Of a stretch of DNA of 64,000 bases, positions 1 through 9,122 are shown piece by piece. Source of the stretch: an uncultured Poribacteria bacterium (GTDB taxonomy: Bacteria; Poribacteria; WGA-4E; WGA-3G). The notes beneath the pieces were generated by a model, which searched no databases, was not told the DNA's origin, and saw only the letters and a list, made by a program, of their open reading frames with translations. Made by a program: the position numbers and the translations under genes. Positions within the stretch are counted from its first letter, which is position 1, and every line of letters begins with the position of its first letter. The stretch covers positions 5,056,001 through 5,120,000 of the forward strand of contig OX638351.1 of NCBI GenBank assembly GCA_951813565.1, given 5' to 3'.

Positions 1-399
1 AACGGACTGCATGTCTCTGTCGCATTTGGAACAGCCATCGCGCCCTCTGCATCCGATGATCAAACTGTTTTCTTCCACAAACGCGTTTTTGTTATCGGCA
101 CAGATGGATTTGTACATTGGCGATTCAGTAGTTGGGAACGTTCAACTCGAGAGGGTGGCTATGAAGGTGGTCCACTCAGCTATGGTGAACAAGATGTTGA
201 AGCACAAGGTAATCTCACCAACGCTGTTTTTGACTGGCTTGATGATGAAAACAAAGTACATCCGACTCATCTCAAGCAATCGTTGGCGGAGTTCAATCTG
301 CTTTTAGGTATATACTATAGCGGCATCACAAACGAGGTAATTGAACTACCGTTTGATCCGCCAGATGGGTTGATGGATATGCTTAGAGAAAGGTTATAA
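1..399 (+). CDS. 3' part of a CDS running in from the window edge, possibly the C-terminus of a Gfo/Idh/MocA-type oxidoreductase
   Basis: Frame 1 is open from base 1 to TAA at 397-399 (NGLHVSVAFG...AEFNLLLGIYYSGITNEVIELPFDPPDGLMDMLRERL). The tail resembles the 'IY.S......V.LP' end of Gfo/Idh/MocA proteins. Not in the ORF track. Confidence 0.5.
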   Translation, partial: NGLHVSVAFGTAIAPSASDDQTVFFHKRVFVIGTDGFVHWRFSSWERSTREGGYEGGPLSYGEQDVEAQGNLTNAVFDWLDDENKVHPTHLKQSLAEFNLLLGIYYSGITNEVIELPFDPPDGLMDMLRERL

Positions 400-467
400 A
401 ATTGGTGTGTCCGTAGTTTTATTAAATTGCTTTATAGAGAAACTTATGGTAAATGGAGGAATAATAA

Positions 468-1202
468 GTGCCCATTTCAAGAATATTCTGGTTCGTTTCA
501 GTCCTTATCCTATTTAGCGTTGCAAGTTTCACCACAAATGCTGAATTAGTCGGCTATTGGTCATTTGATAAAGAAGATGGAGTTACTGACCTGACTGGAA
601 ACGGTCACGATGGCGTTATACACGGAAATCCAGAGTTCGTAGAAGGTAAGATTGGTGAGGCATTAGAATTCAACGGCGCTACTGACTACGTCGCGATCCC
701 CGATCACAAAGCAATTTCAGAATTGGAAGCATTGTCTATGGCCGCATGGATTCAACCCAAAAAGCTCGGCGCGTGGGTAGCAGTTTTAGAAAAAGGTATC
801 CATCTAAACTGGAGTTACGGCTTCTTCATTGAACCGGATGGCACGCTCTCGTTTGAGGTTTCTACTGGTCCCGCTAATAATCTGGTCTGCTGTGTTGGCA
901 ATGTCGCGCTTAAGATTGATCAATGGTATCATATCTTCGGCTCTTATGATGGGAAGTCGGTAAAGGCTTATGTTGACGGTAAGTTGGAAGGCGAAATGGC
1001 GGGTAATGATGCTGTTCACATAACCGAAGGATTACCCTTTACCATCGGCAGCAGAAACGGACAAAACTTCTTTGCTGGTGTTGTTGACGAAGTTGCATTT
1101 TGGGACGAGGCAATCACTGTTGAGGAATCCATGAACCCATCACCTGTCCAACCAAAGGGTAAACTAACAACCACCTGGGGTAAGTTAAAAACTCGGCACT
1201 AA
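468..1202 (+). CDS. Secreted LamG/concanavalin-A-like jellyroll protein with C-terminal TTWG.LK tail
   Basis: GGAGG RBS, signal peptide, LVGYWSFD, GKIGEALEFNG, QWYHIFGSYDG, GVVDEVAFW, tail VQPKGKLTTTWGKLK. Confidence 0.85.
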   Translation: MPISRIFWFVSVLILFSVASFTTNAELVGYWSFDKEDGVTDLTGNGHDGVIHGNPEFVEGKIGEALEFNGATDYVAIPDHKAISELEALSMAAWIQPKKLGAWVAVLEKGIHLNWSYGFFIEPDGTLSFEVSTGPANNLVCCVGNVALKIDQWYHIFGSYDGKSVKAYVDGKLEGEMAGNDAVHITEGLPFTIGSRNGQNFFAGVVDEVAFWDEAITVEESMNPSPVQPKGKLTTTWGKLKTRH

Positions 1203-1207
1203 AAACG

Positions 1208-2059
1208 ATGCAAACCAATTCTGAAAAATTTGCTGAAGATGGCTACTTTGTCGTGGAAGCGGCTCTGAACACGGAGGATTTGGCACCGCTAATTGCTGTT
1301 ATTTCTGACGTTGTTGACAGACGGGCACACGAATTATTCAACGCTGGGACAATCTCAGATGTTTATGAAAACATGCCTTTTGAACGCCGCTGGTCCGCTA
1401 TCCTTCAGGAATGCGGTAGAGAGAATGAGGTATTTGGGTGGCATACACTCGTTTTTAGTGAGGCACTCTTTGATCTAATTACACATCCAAAAGTATTAGA
1501 TGTTGTAGAAACGCTTATAGGTTGTGAGATCCAATTCAACGGTGACTTTTGGGTGCGACCAAAATTGCCCAATGAAAAACTCACGACACTTCCTTGGCAT
1601 CAAGACAGTGCCTATATGCCAGATACAGAAAACGATATACACCTGACAGTGTGGCTGCCCTTAGTAGATGTGCAGACAGAAAACGGTGCGCTGCAATTTT
1701 TGCCCGGAAGCCACACTGCCGGGTTACAAACCTATCACCGTGTTGAAGGTGAGGCGTTCGCCGTCCCAGTACTACCTCCGACGTCATCTCACACCAACAT
1801 AGACACATTAGAAATGAAGAAAGGCGACCTGCTGATTTTTAACAATCTGGTGTTTCACCGTTCTTTGCTGAACCGTAGCGATACCATTCGTTGGTCAGTT
1901 GATTTTCGGTACAGTCGGACAGGCACATCGCTGGATGGACTCTGGCACGAAGCAATTGCATGTCCGGCTCGTGACTGTAACAGCAGGGAGTGTCCAACAT
2001 CATGGAATGCTTGGCATGCGCAATGGGAAGCAAGTCCCCACAAGGAAAAGTTTGTTTAA
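1208..2059 (+). CDS. PhyH-family Fe(II)/2-oxoglutarate dioxygenase
   Basis: PWHQDSAY, TVWLPLVD, ENGALQFLPGSH, HRSLLNRSDTIRWS motifs. Confidence 0.9.
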   Translation: MQTNSEKFAEDGYFVVEAALNTEDLAPLIAVISDVVDRRAHELFNAGTISDVYENMPFERRWSAILQECGRENEVFGWHTLVFSEALFDLITHPKVLDVVETLIGCEIQFNGDFWVRPKLPNEKLTTLPWHQDSAYMPDTENDIHLTVWLPLVDVQTENGALQFLPGSHTAGLQTYHRVEGEAFAVPVLPPTSSHTNIDTLEMKKGDLLIFNNLVFHRSLLNRSDTIRWSVDFRYSRTGTSLDGLWHEAIACPARDCNSRECPTSWNAWHAQWEASPHKEKFV

Positions 2060-2970
2060 TCTCCTGACTGCGTTGAAAAAGTCTCTCTGCGCCGTAAGTC
2101 TTCAATAGCTGCTTTTCTCATTTCTTGATGACGCGGAGCGCCTGCTACTCCTGGTGCTGCGGCATGCGGCTTAAAGATGTAAATTCTGACCACTTTGTTG
2201 TCAACATCATAAGTAAATAAAATTCCTCTTTTCCAATACCAATGCTTTTTCTCACCATGGATAAGAGGCTTTTCTTCTTCGGCATTTCCAAACTCCTTCT
2301 CTACTTGTTCGAGTGTATTTCCAATACCGTTCCTTCCCCGCGTTTTTGCTTTATTAGGTCTTCTCACGAAAATACTCTCAACAAGACCTATACCGTCAAC
2401 AAAACCGGATAACCCTTTGTCAGGATCCCAATATGAAAAAAAACGATTTACGCCAAGGGGACCATCCGGATCTCCATGAAGATCTCTAACATTTTTAAAC
2501 GGATCCCCTAACTTTATGCCAGCGGCACTCCTGCCAGGTACAATAAGATTTATTTGCGGAGGGTCAGGGTCTGGTACGATCTCTTCTATAGGATCTGGTG
2601 GGACGAATTTCAAGTTAGCAATTTTTTTTACCCTTTTTGTTGATTTGGTCACACCATCGCTCACAATCACCGTCACTGCAACCGACTCAACATCGGGAGG
2701 TGCAGTCCATTTAACGCTCACTCCCGTCGTTGAACTTAGTCTTCCTGCACTCACTGTCCATGTATAAGTCAATGGGTCGCCATCTTCATCATAAGCAAGG
2801 ACCTTGAATTCAAGAATATCTCCAGGGTTGAATTCCGTGGGAACAATAAAAGTGTCAACAGTGGGCGAGTTATTGGCTGGTTCATCACTATCGTCCGAAC
2901 CACAACCAGCAATGTAAAAGCTGATCAGGCATGCCATAACAAGACTTAAAATACGATATTTATTTTTCAT
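2056..2970 (-). CDS. Putative lipoprotein with Ig/PKD-like domain
   Basis: Lipobox IAGC; AYDEDGDPLTYTW...VKWTAP Ig-like motif; GGAG RBS. Confidence 0.7.
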   Translation of the reverse strand: MKNKYRILSLVMACLISFYIAGCGSDDSDEPANNSPTVDTFIVPTEFNPGDILEFKVLAYDEDGDPLTYTWTVSAGRLSSTTGVSVKWTAPPDVESVAVTVIVSDGVTKSTKRVKKIANLKFVPPDPIEEIVPDPDPPQINLIVPGRSAAGIKLGDPFKNVRDLHGDPDGPLGVNRFFSYWDPDKGLSGFVDGIGLVESIFVRRPNKAKTRGRNGIGNTLEQVEKEFGNAEEEKPLIHGEKKHWYWKRGILFTYDVDNKVVRIYIFKPHAAAPGVAGAPRHQEMRKAAIEDLRRRETFSTQSGD

Positions 2971-2980
2971 TTTTATCTCC

Positions 2981-3928
2981 TTAAAATTCTGTAGTTTCTC
3001 CTGTTTTTAAAACAACATAGCTACGGTAACGTTCCGGGTGTATATCCCCAGATTCAACTGCACTTTGAATAACACAGTCTGACTCTTTGACGTGAGCACA
3101 ATCATTATATCTACATGTACCAAGAAAAGGTTCCATCTCTGGGAAAAAATGTTCCAGATTTTCTGTATCAACACCCCATAACCCGACTTCACGGATGCCG
3201 GGTGTGTCTGCGACTTCGCCACCAATCTCAAGTGAGAACAACTCTACGAGCGTTGTGGTGTGTCTACCTTTTCGTGTTTTTTGACCGACTTCCCCAATTC
3301 GTAATTTTAGGTTTGGTTGAATAGCATTTAGAAGACTTGATTTTCCTACACCGGATGCGCCTACAATCACACTGAATTTATCTCTTAGTGCATCCCGCAG
3401 GGATTCAAGGGTAGTAGGCGTATTTATGCTCGTGTATAATACGTGGTAGCCGAGTTTCTCGTAGACTTCAAAAGTAGATGTAAGTTCCTCACGTTGTGTT
3501 GCATCTATCAAGTCCATTTTATTTAAGCAGATAACAGCTGCCATGTCTCCTGCCTCTGCTAAAATTAGGAAACGATCCAGTGTCCGAAAATTGAGAGGCG
3601 GCATACGCGTTGAGACAACAGCTACTACCTGATCCGCATTGGCGACAATAATCTGCTCAATATCTTCATGCTTTCCCGCGTATTGCCGTGAAAATTTCGT
3701 TTGGCGCGGAAGTATCTCCTCAACGACCCCCTCTTCTAAATCAAGTTGAGTGAAAATAACCTGGTCCCCAACAGCGACTGGGTCAGCGTAAAGTCTTCGT
3801 CCTGTTTCGGAACGCCGTTTCCTTTTTAAGGTGCCGCGTAATGTGCATCGCAGAACAAGTTCACCGTACTGAACATCGTAAAATCCTGTTCGTGCCCGGA
3901 TGACTCTGCCTTGTTCACGGGTAAGAAT
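2981..3928 (-). CDS. rsgA: Ribosome small subunit-dependent GTPase A (start uncertain: ATT at 3928 or TTG at 3958)
   Basis: VAVGD, ANADQ, NKMDL, GASGVGKSSLLN, GRHTTT, DTPGIRE and the CRYNDCAH..E.DC zinc finger. Confidence 0.93.
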   Translation of the reverse strand: MLTREQGRVIRARTGFYDVQYGELVLRCTLRGTLKRKRRSETGRRLYADPVAVGDQVIFTQLDLEEGVVEEILPRQTKFSRQYAGKHEDIEQIIVANADQVVAVVSTRMPPLNFRTLDRFLILAEAGDMAAVICLNKMDLIDATQREELTSTFEVYEKLGYHVLYTSINTPTTLESLRDALRDKFSVIVGASGVGKSSLLNAIQPNLKLRIGEVGQKTRKGRHTTTLVELFSLEIGGEVADTPGIREVGLWGVDTENLEHFFPEMEPFLGTCRYNDCAHVKESDCVIQSAVESGDIHPERYRSYVVLKTGETTEF

Positions 3929-4015
3929 AAACGCCACCTCCCAATAGATTTTGTGCAAAATAAAACTTTTTGGATAAGTCGCAACTCACAGTATCCAAAT
4001 GCATTGATTGTATAT

Positions 4016-4208
4016 TATACCATTTCTGAAAAATAACTTCTCATTTTCAAATTATCTGTTCGTAGTCGCGCAATTCATTGCCAAATCAACGCCAAGCGCA
4101 CTTGGGCGAATACGCCAAATCAACGGTCCGAATGCCTTTTGGCATTCCCCGGAGACCCGCCCCTACAATAGGAGTTGTGCGGATTTCTACAAAAACTTTA
4201 CACACCCA
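4016..4208. repeat. REP-like palindrome cluster with nested CCAAATCAA insertions and one MITE end
   Basis: GTAGTCGCGCAATTCATTG followed by CCAAATCAACG units; AAAAACTTTACACACCC matches the TIR of the 39685-39960 MITE. Confidence 0.7.
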
Positions 4209-4230
4209 ATTGGTATTAGATCGTTGACTT

Positions 4231-4998
4231 CTAAACATACTTCCTCAATGTTTTCAAGGTTGTTTCACTATCTTCGTGAAAATTGTCAAATTTGCACTCA
4301 CAGGAGACACGTCCATCGTAACCTGCTTTTTGGAGTGCGGTAAAGAAGTCTGTAAAATCAAAGTCATCGTTCCCCGGATAAGAGCGTTTTACAGGTTCAG
4401 CGATATGAACATGTGCTAACCATTCTGCAGCATCAACAATGTTTTGCATCGGTTCGTCTTCCTGCCAAACGTGATATAAGTCAGCCAATACCTTAATTCC
4501 TTTTCGGTTGACACGTTTTGCCATCGCCAGTCCGTCAGCAACAGTGCGTAATACGTTCCCTTCTTTCATGCAGATTGGTTCAATGACAATTATAATGCCG
4601 TGTGCTTCTGCATGGTCGGCAGCCATATCAAGAAATTCTGCAATCTGTGCTAATGCCCGTTCCTCTGAATAACCTTCCCCAACGTTCCGAGAACCGCTGC
4701 TGCCATAAACGATAATCTCTCCGCCAATTTCACTGGCTCTGCGGCATGCAGTTTCCACATACCGAGATAAACGTCCAAAATCCACCGCGTCACCGACAAC
4801 GCGCAGGTCTCTGGGGATAAATCCGGCGTACGCCTCAGGTTTTAAGGGCGCTTCTGCCACCTGCTCTCTAATCTTTTGGAATTCGGCTTCATCTGCTTCC
4901 GGCATAAGTGCACTTCGCACCCCTAATTCAATATAGTCGTATCCAACTTCCGCGAGTCTATCAACATTTTCTAAACCGGTACAAATCCCAAATCGCAT
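4231..4998 (-). CDS. Sugar phosphate isomerase/epimerase (xylose isomerase-like TIM barrel)
   Basis: GYDYIEL, IVIEP, ADLYHV, HVHIAE, GYDGRVSCE. Confidence 0.85.
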   Translation of the reverse strand: MRFGICTGLENVDRLAEVGYDYIELGVRSALMPEADEAEFQKIREQVAEAPLKPEAYAGFIPRDLRVVGDAVDFGRLSRYVETACRRASEIGGEIIVYGSSGSRNVGEGYSEERALAQIAEFLDMAADHAEAHGIIIVIEPICMKEGNVLRTVADGLAMAKRVNRKGIKVLADLYHVWQEDEPMQNIVDAAEWLAHVHIAEPVKRSYPGNDDFDFTDFFTALQKAGYDGRVSCECKFDNFHEDSETTLKTLRKYV

Positions 4999-5067
4999 GA
5001 AATCGCTCCTTTATAAAGGCATGGTCGGTCCTGTCTATTACCAAAGCACCAAAGCACCAATATACGT

Positions 5068-5415
5068 TTAAATATTAGGGATAAAAAAACGTATTACAGT
5101 TTCAATTATAGAAATTAACACTGCCGCGAAGAGTGTGTTTAAGAACCCGTCAATTTCAAATCCATCAACCAATTTATTGGTAATCCAAAGTAGGAAGGCG
5201 TTGATGACAAAATAGAAGAGTCCCAATGTTAAAATTATAAAAGGAAGTGACAAAAATACCAAAATTCCGGTGAAGAGAAACTTGAAAATCCCATATACAA
5301 GCGCAACGCCCACTGCAGTTGCACACCCTTTAACTCGGACAGCAGGCAAAATATATGTCACTATCAAAACCGAAGCACTCAGGACCAGTAGGTTCAAAAT
5401 CCAATTTATTAGCAT
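5068..5415 (-). CDS. 4-TM membrane protein, YvlD / phage-holin superfamily IV-like
   Basis: Four hydrophobic helices; LSLPFIILTLGLFYFVINAFLLW..KLVDGFEIDGF signature. Confidence 0.8.
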   Translation of the reverse strand: MLINWILNLLVLSASVLIVTYILPAVRVKGCATAVGVALVYGIFKFLFTGILVFLSLPFIILTLGLFYFVINAFLLWITNKLVDGFEIDGFLNTLFAAVLISIIETVIRFFIPNI

Positions 5416-5504
5416 TTTAAATTCTCCTATACATGTTTGAAAGGAAGTATCTGATAATGTTGGGTCATAAATGCTATTAGATTAAAAGTGCGGTGCTGCA
5501 CGAA

Positions 5505-6308
5505 TCACTTTCCGAAGCGGCGTTTACGATGGCTATAGTCACGCAAAGCACGGAGAAAGTCGATTTTTCGAAACGAGGGCCAATAGGTATCGCAAAAATA
5601 GAATTCTGAATAGACACTCTGCCACAACAAAAAACCAGACAGACGCACTTCGCCACTCGTGCGAATAATCAGTTCTGGGTCAGGCAGATTAGAAGTATAT
5701 AAATATGGCGCGATTTTGTCAACACTCAATTCTTCCGCAATTTGATTAGCATCTTTTCCATCCCGGATTTCTGCTTTTAGATGTCCTCGAAATGCTTCAA
5801 TTATTTCCTCTCGACCGCCATAAGCGACAGCAACATTCAGAATAAACTTGTCATAGTTTTTCGTCGCTTCTTCTGCTTCCCGAATTGCTTCTTGAAGACT
5901 TTGCGGCAGCTGTTCAATTTGTCCCATGGCACGCACTTTAATCTGATTGGCATGCAGCCCTTTAATCGTGACCAATTCACGCATTTTTCTTTCTATCAAT
6001 CCCAAGATTCCTTCAACTTCATCATCTGCGCGTTTGAAGTTATCCAGTGAGAAAATCCATATTGAAAAGATTTCAACACCGAGTTCATCGCACCAATGAA
6101 GAACTTCTTCAAGTTTATCAGCACCTTCATAATGTCCTTTTATTATGTTGTCCAACCCACTGGCTTTGGCGTAGCGGCGGTTTCCATCAAGAATAACACC
6201 TATATGGCGCGGAATATTCCACGTACCTGCTTCCGCTTCTAACCGTTTTTGATACGCGTTGTAAAACCTTCTTTCAACTTGATTTTTTAGGAACTTGAGT
6301 GGATTCAT
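5505..6308 (-). CDS. uppS: Cis-isoprenyl transferase (undecaprenyl/polyprenyl diphosphate synthase)
   Basis: PRHIGVILDGNRRYA, FSLDNFKR, YGGREEI, IRTSGEVRLSGFLLWQ, RRFGK; start set at ATG 6308 behind AAAGGG. Confidence 0.88.
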   Translation of the reverse strand: MNPLKFLKNQVERRFYNAYQKRLEAEAGTWNIPRHIGVILDGNRRYAKASGLDNIIKGHYEGADKLEEVLHWCDELGVEIFSIWIFSLDNFKRADDEVEGILGLIERKMRELVTIKGLHANQIKVRAMGQIEQLPQSLQEAIREAEEATKNYDKFILNVAVAYGGREEIIEAFRGHLKAEIRDGKDANQIAEELSVDKIAPYLYTSNLPDPELIIRTSGEVRLSGFLLWQSVYSEFYFCDTYWPSFRKIDFLRALRDYSHRKRRFGK

Positions 6309-6560
6309 GTGTTTCCCTTTGTAAAACGACTCCGATTTGCTAATTACCGACTTTTGACTTCGGTTTTCAAATAGGTATATTAAAAAATAGGTCAGTGAAG
6401 ATGCAATACCAATTATGATGTTTTTCAATTATATTTCAATTATACCATGAAAACCTTGTTAAGAAAATAGAAACTAATTTCTAAAACAACAAGGGTGAGA
6501 ATATATTGAAAAATGTCCAATTTCCTCAAATTTTAGTTTTTTCAATTTATAAATTTATAC

Positions 6561-6589
6561 TTGACTTTTTCTGTGGTCTTTTGTATAAT
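6561..6589 (+). promoter_or_regulatory. Sigma70-type promoter
   Basis: TTGACT-N17-TATAAT. Confidence 0.7.
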
Positions 6590-6597
6590 ACTTATAA

Positions 6598-6739
6598 CGA
6601 CCAAACAAACGTTTCACATGGGTACCCTTGTTCTAAAATTATATTTTGAACGTTTGGCTTGGTCGCCGGGGGTGCCCCAACTTTTTGCAATAGGGGGCAC
6701 CACAGGCGACGAAGCCGCCACACAATATGCAAGTGTGGC
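6598..6739 (+). promoter_or_regulatory. Structured 5' leader with alternative pairings (riboswitch-like candidate)
   Basis: Stems CGACCAA/TTGGTCG and CAAACGTT/AACGTTTG; alternative GGTGCCCC/GGGGCACC and GTCGCC/GGCGAC; hairpin GCCACAC/GTGTGGC before the RBS. Confidence 0.45.
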
Positions 6740-6766
6740 AAATGATAATTTTATAGGAGGTTATTA

Positions 6767-7450
6767 ATGATACGTAACATCCTACCTTACAAATGGATTA
6801 TAGGGGGGATAGTCCTTCTGATAATCATCGCCAGTGCATGTTACTTATGGTACCAACATGACACGGCACCTTATAGGCAAGAAGCAGCTGATGCCGAACA
6901 ATTGCTACGCCAATCGGAGATAGAAAAATCCGAGAAAAGCAAGGTAGCAGAACAGGCATCCGATGCACCTGCGGAAAGCAACACGCCAACCGCAGAGAAA
7001 CCTATAACTAACGAAGTAACCAACGACGATGAAGTCGCAACCGCAGAGAAACCGCAGATGTCCCCCTTCGGACTTGGTCCTTTGCCTGAAATACCGAAAG
7101 AATGGGACGCGCCATATCTGTGGAAAAACTGCGACGATATTGAAGATGAATTACTGACACGCGTGATCATAAAAATGCATCATGATGGCATACGCGATAA
7201 GTATAGTAGTGTCGGTATAGATCACGCCACAGGACTTGTCATACCAGTTGAATATGGCACTGTTCTTGTTTATTATGAAACCGATGAAAACGGTGAGCAA
7301 AGAATATGGAGCGTAAGCGGACATCCTGCTGACGTTCCACATGGCACTATTTACACACGTGCCAGTGAAATTCCTTCACATCTAAAGATTGTCACCGAAG
7401 AAGAGATAGCGATTGACCCTTATGAATATTTGGGTCTACAAAAACCGTAG
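6767..7450 (+). CDS. Membrane-anchored hypothetical protein
   Basis: AGGAGG RBS; N-terminal TM helix; low-complexity linker; SPFGLGPLPEIP motif. Confidence 0.75.
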   Translation: MIRNILPYKWIIGGIVLLIIIASACYLWYQHDTAPYRQEAADAEQLLRQSEIEKSEKSKVAEQASDAPAESNTPTAEKPITNEVTNDDEVATAEKPQMSPFGLGPLPEIPKEWDAPYLWKNCDDIEDELLTRVIIKMHHDGIRDKYSSVGIDHATGLVIPVEYGTVLVYYETDENGEQRIWSVSGHPADVPHGTIYTRASEIPSHLKIVTEEEIAIDPYEYLGLQKP

Positions 7451-7464
7451 GAGGTTTTATTATC

Positions 7465-8268
7465 ATGAAAAAAGTAGTAGTTTTCTTAACAATAGCGATT
7501 TTCATTGGCATGATCGCCTATGTCGCATATTCTAATTCTAATCGTCGTTCATCCTGGGTCTATTTAGACATCAATTCAACGTATGGTTCTGCTTATAATC
7601 CACCAACTTTTAGAGCTAAAGGATGTTTCGGCTCCGATAGCGAGGGTCCGTTGTATAGCTCAGGGGATTCATCTGTCAGCTATACGGATGATGGATACGA
7701 CCGCACTACCGGGCTTAACAATACCGAAGCATTTGCTTATCCAGCAGGAGCTGAGGGGGCACTCAATGAAATATTGGATGCCGGTCATTACTTTGAGAAT
7801 AATCTGGTATTAGAGGATGCTGAGGGTACTCTAACTGATGTTGTAGGTTTTTTGGCTAATGAGGATTTTAAAATATATAGAGCAAAGACCTATAATAGGA
7901 AATTTGCAGTGAGTGCTGACGCCTATGTTTCTTGTTGGACAGATAATGCTAACTACAAAACAGAGTATAACCTATATGCCCAAGTGCCAGCAGGTTTTTA
8001 ATACCCAAATTATCGGAAGATAGGGCCTATAACGAAATATGGTTCATTCTCTCGTTCTACCTCACGCAGCGGCGATAAAGATGGGTGGGATCATGAAATC
8101 AGCACGAACCCGAATGGGCAAGCTTCTGCCTCTGGAACGAATCCATCAGATGGGACGACGCATAACACATCTGCTTTCACACCCACGCCGGGCAGTGCGA
8201 ATGAATTAACTATCAACTGTGGTTTCTGTGATGACTCTGGGTGTGATGTCTGTAATCCGCACAGATAA
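7465..8268 (+). pseudogene. Secreted hypothetical protein interrupted by an in-frame TAA (7999-8001)
   Basis: AGGAGG RBS and signal peptide; after the TAA the same frame stays open for 88 codons ending CGFCDDSGCDVCNPHR*, followed by a terminator. Confidence 0.65.
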
Positions 8269-8291
8269 TCACATAAACAAACCTATCAACC

Positions 8292-8330
8292 AATAGGCAG
8301 GTATCCGTTTTGGATATCTGCCTATTTCTT
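8292..8330 (+). terminator. Intrinsic terminator
   Basis: AATAGGCAGGTATCC-GTTTT-GGATATCTGCCTATT followed by a T-rich tail. Confidence 0.7.
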
Positions 8331-8751
8331 ATTTTCACATACCTGTTATAAAAATGCTCAGATTCCCCACAGGCGCGTTTTATGATACCTTATAAACTCC
8401 ACCGGCATACAATACGATTTTTGCATTGACGTATTTTGGCAACCTACTGTCAAGTTAACCTGAGATATCGAAGTTAAAAAGCTGCGGAATACCAAACGTG
8501 TATTTTAACGTGAGTTTGATAAATCCCGTAGGGAATCAACACCTTATTTTCCTCGTTAACATCAAAAACCATATCTTCTATATCGGAAATGTTTACAACT
8601 TTCAATTGATCTTGATAGTGTTAACTTAAAGTTATTCACACTAAATATTAGGCTTAAAGTGTATCAGATATTAGGTAAAAAATCAACATTAACCACAGAT
8701 TATCTCAACACAAAATTCAGAACTGAAATATAGTCAGTTTTACAAAAAATC

Positions 8752-8780
8752 TTGAATTTCGGGCAGGCATGCCGTATACT
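8752..8780 (+). promoter_or_regulatory. Sigma70-type promoter, probably the ancestral recG promoter
   Basis: TTGAAT-N17-TATACT; removing the MITE and the IS places it about 36 nt upstream of the recG ATG. Confidence 0.55.
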
Positions 8781-8788
8781 ATTTATAT

Positions 8789-9048
8789 GAGGGATGTGCA
8801 TAAATATTGGCGCATCAACACAGACAGGGACAGACGCCAGGTGCCGCTTGATTTATAGAAATGCGTTTGTAGTCGCGCAATTCATTGCCAAATCAACGCA
8901 GCATGCGCCAAATCAACGGTATGAATGCCTTATGGCATTCCCCGTGTGGCATGCTGCGCCTCTTTGAACTTGTGGACGGAGACCCACGGCGTGTGCGGAC
9001 TACCTTTAAGCGCATATTTAACATCGGAATTATTTATGCACACCCCTC
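8789..9048. mobile_element. MITE family A (260 bp)
   Basis: TIR GAGGG(A/G)TGTGCATAAAT; 8-bp TSD ATTTATAT at 8781-8788 and 9049-9056; second copy at 53078-53423. Confidence 0.85.
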
Positions 9049-9122
9049 ATTTATATTGACTAACAGATATCCTGAAGGAAATTGACATACTCCCAAGCTA
9101 AAGCATGGGGATTCTTCTATCA

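Noticed and set aside
11..307. 98-aa ORF in the track
   Set aside because: Frame 1 (1-399) gives a longer, more protein-like reading that runs in from outside the window.
5068..5415. Prophage lysis gene
   Set aside because: This 4-TM family is commonly chromosomal, and no endolysin or phage genes are nearby.
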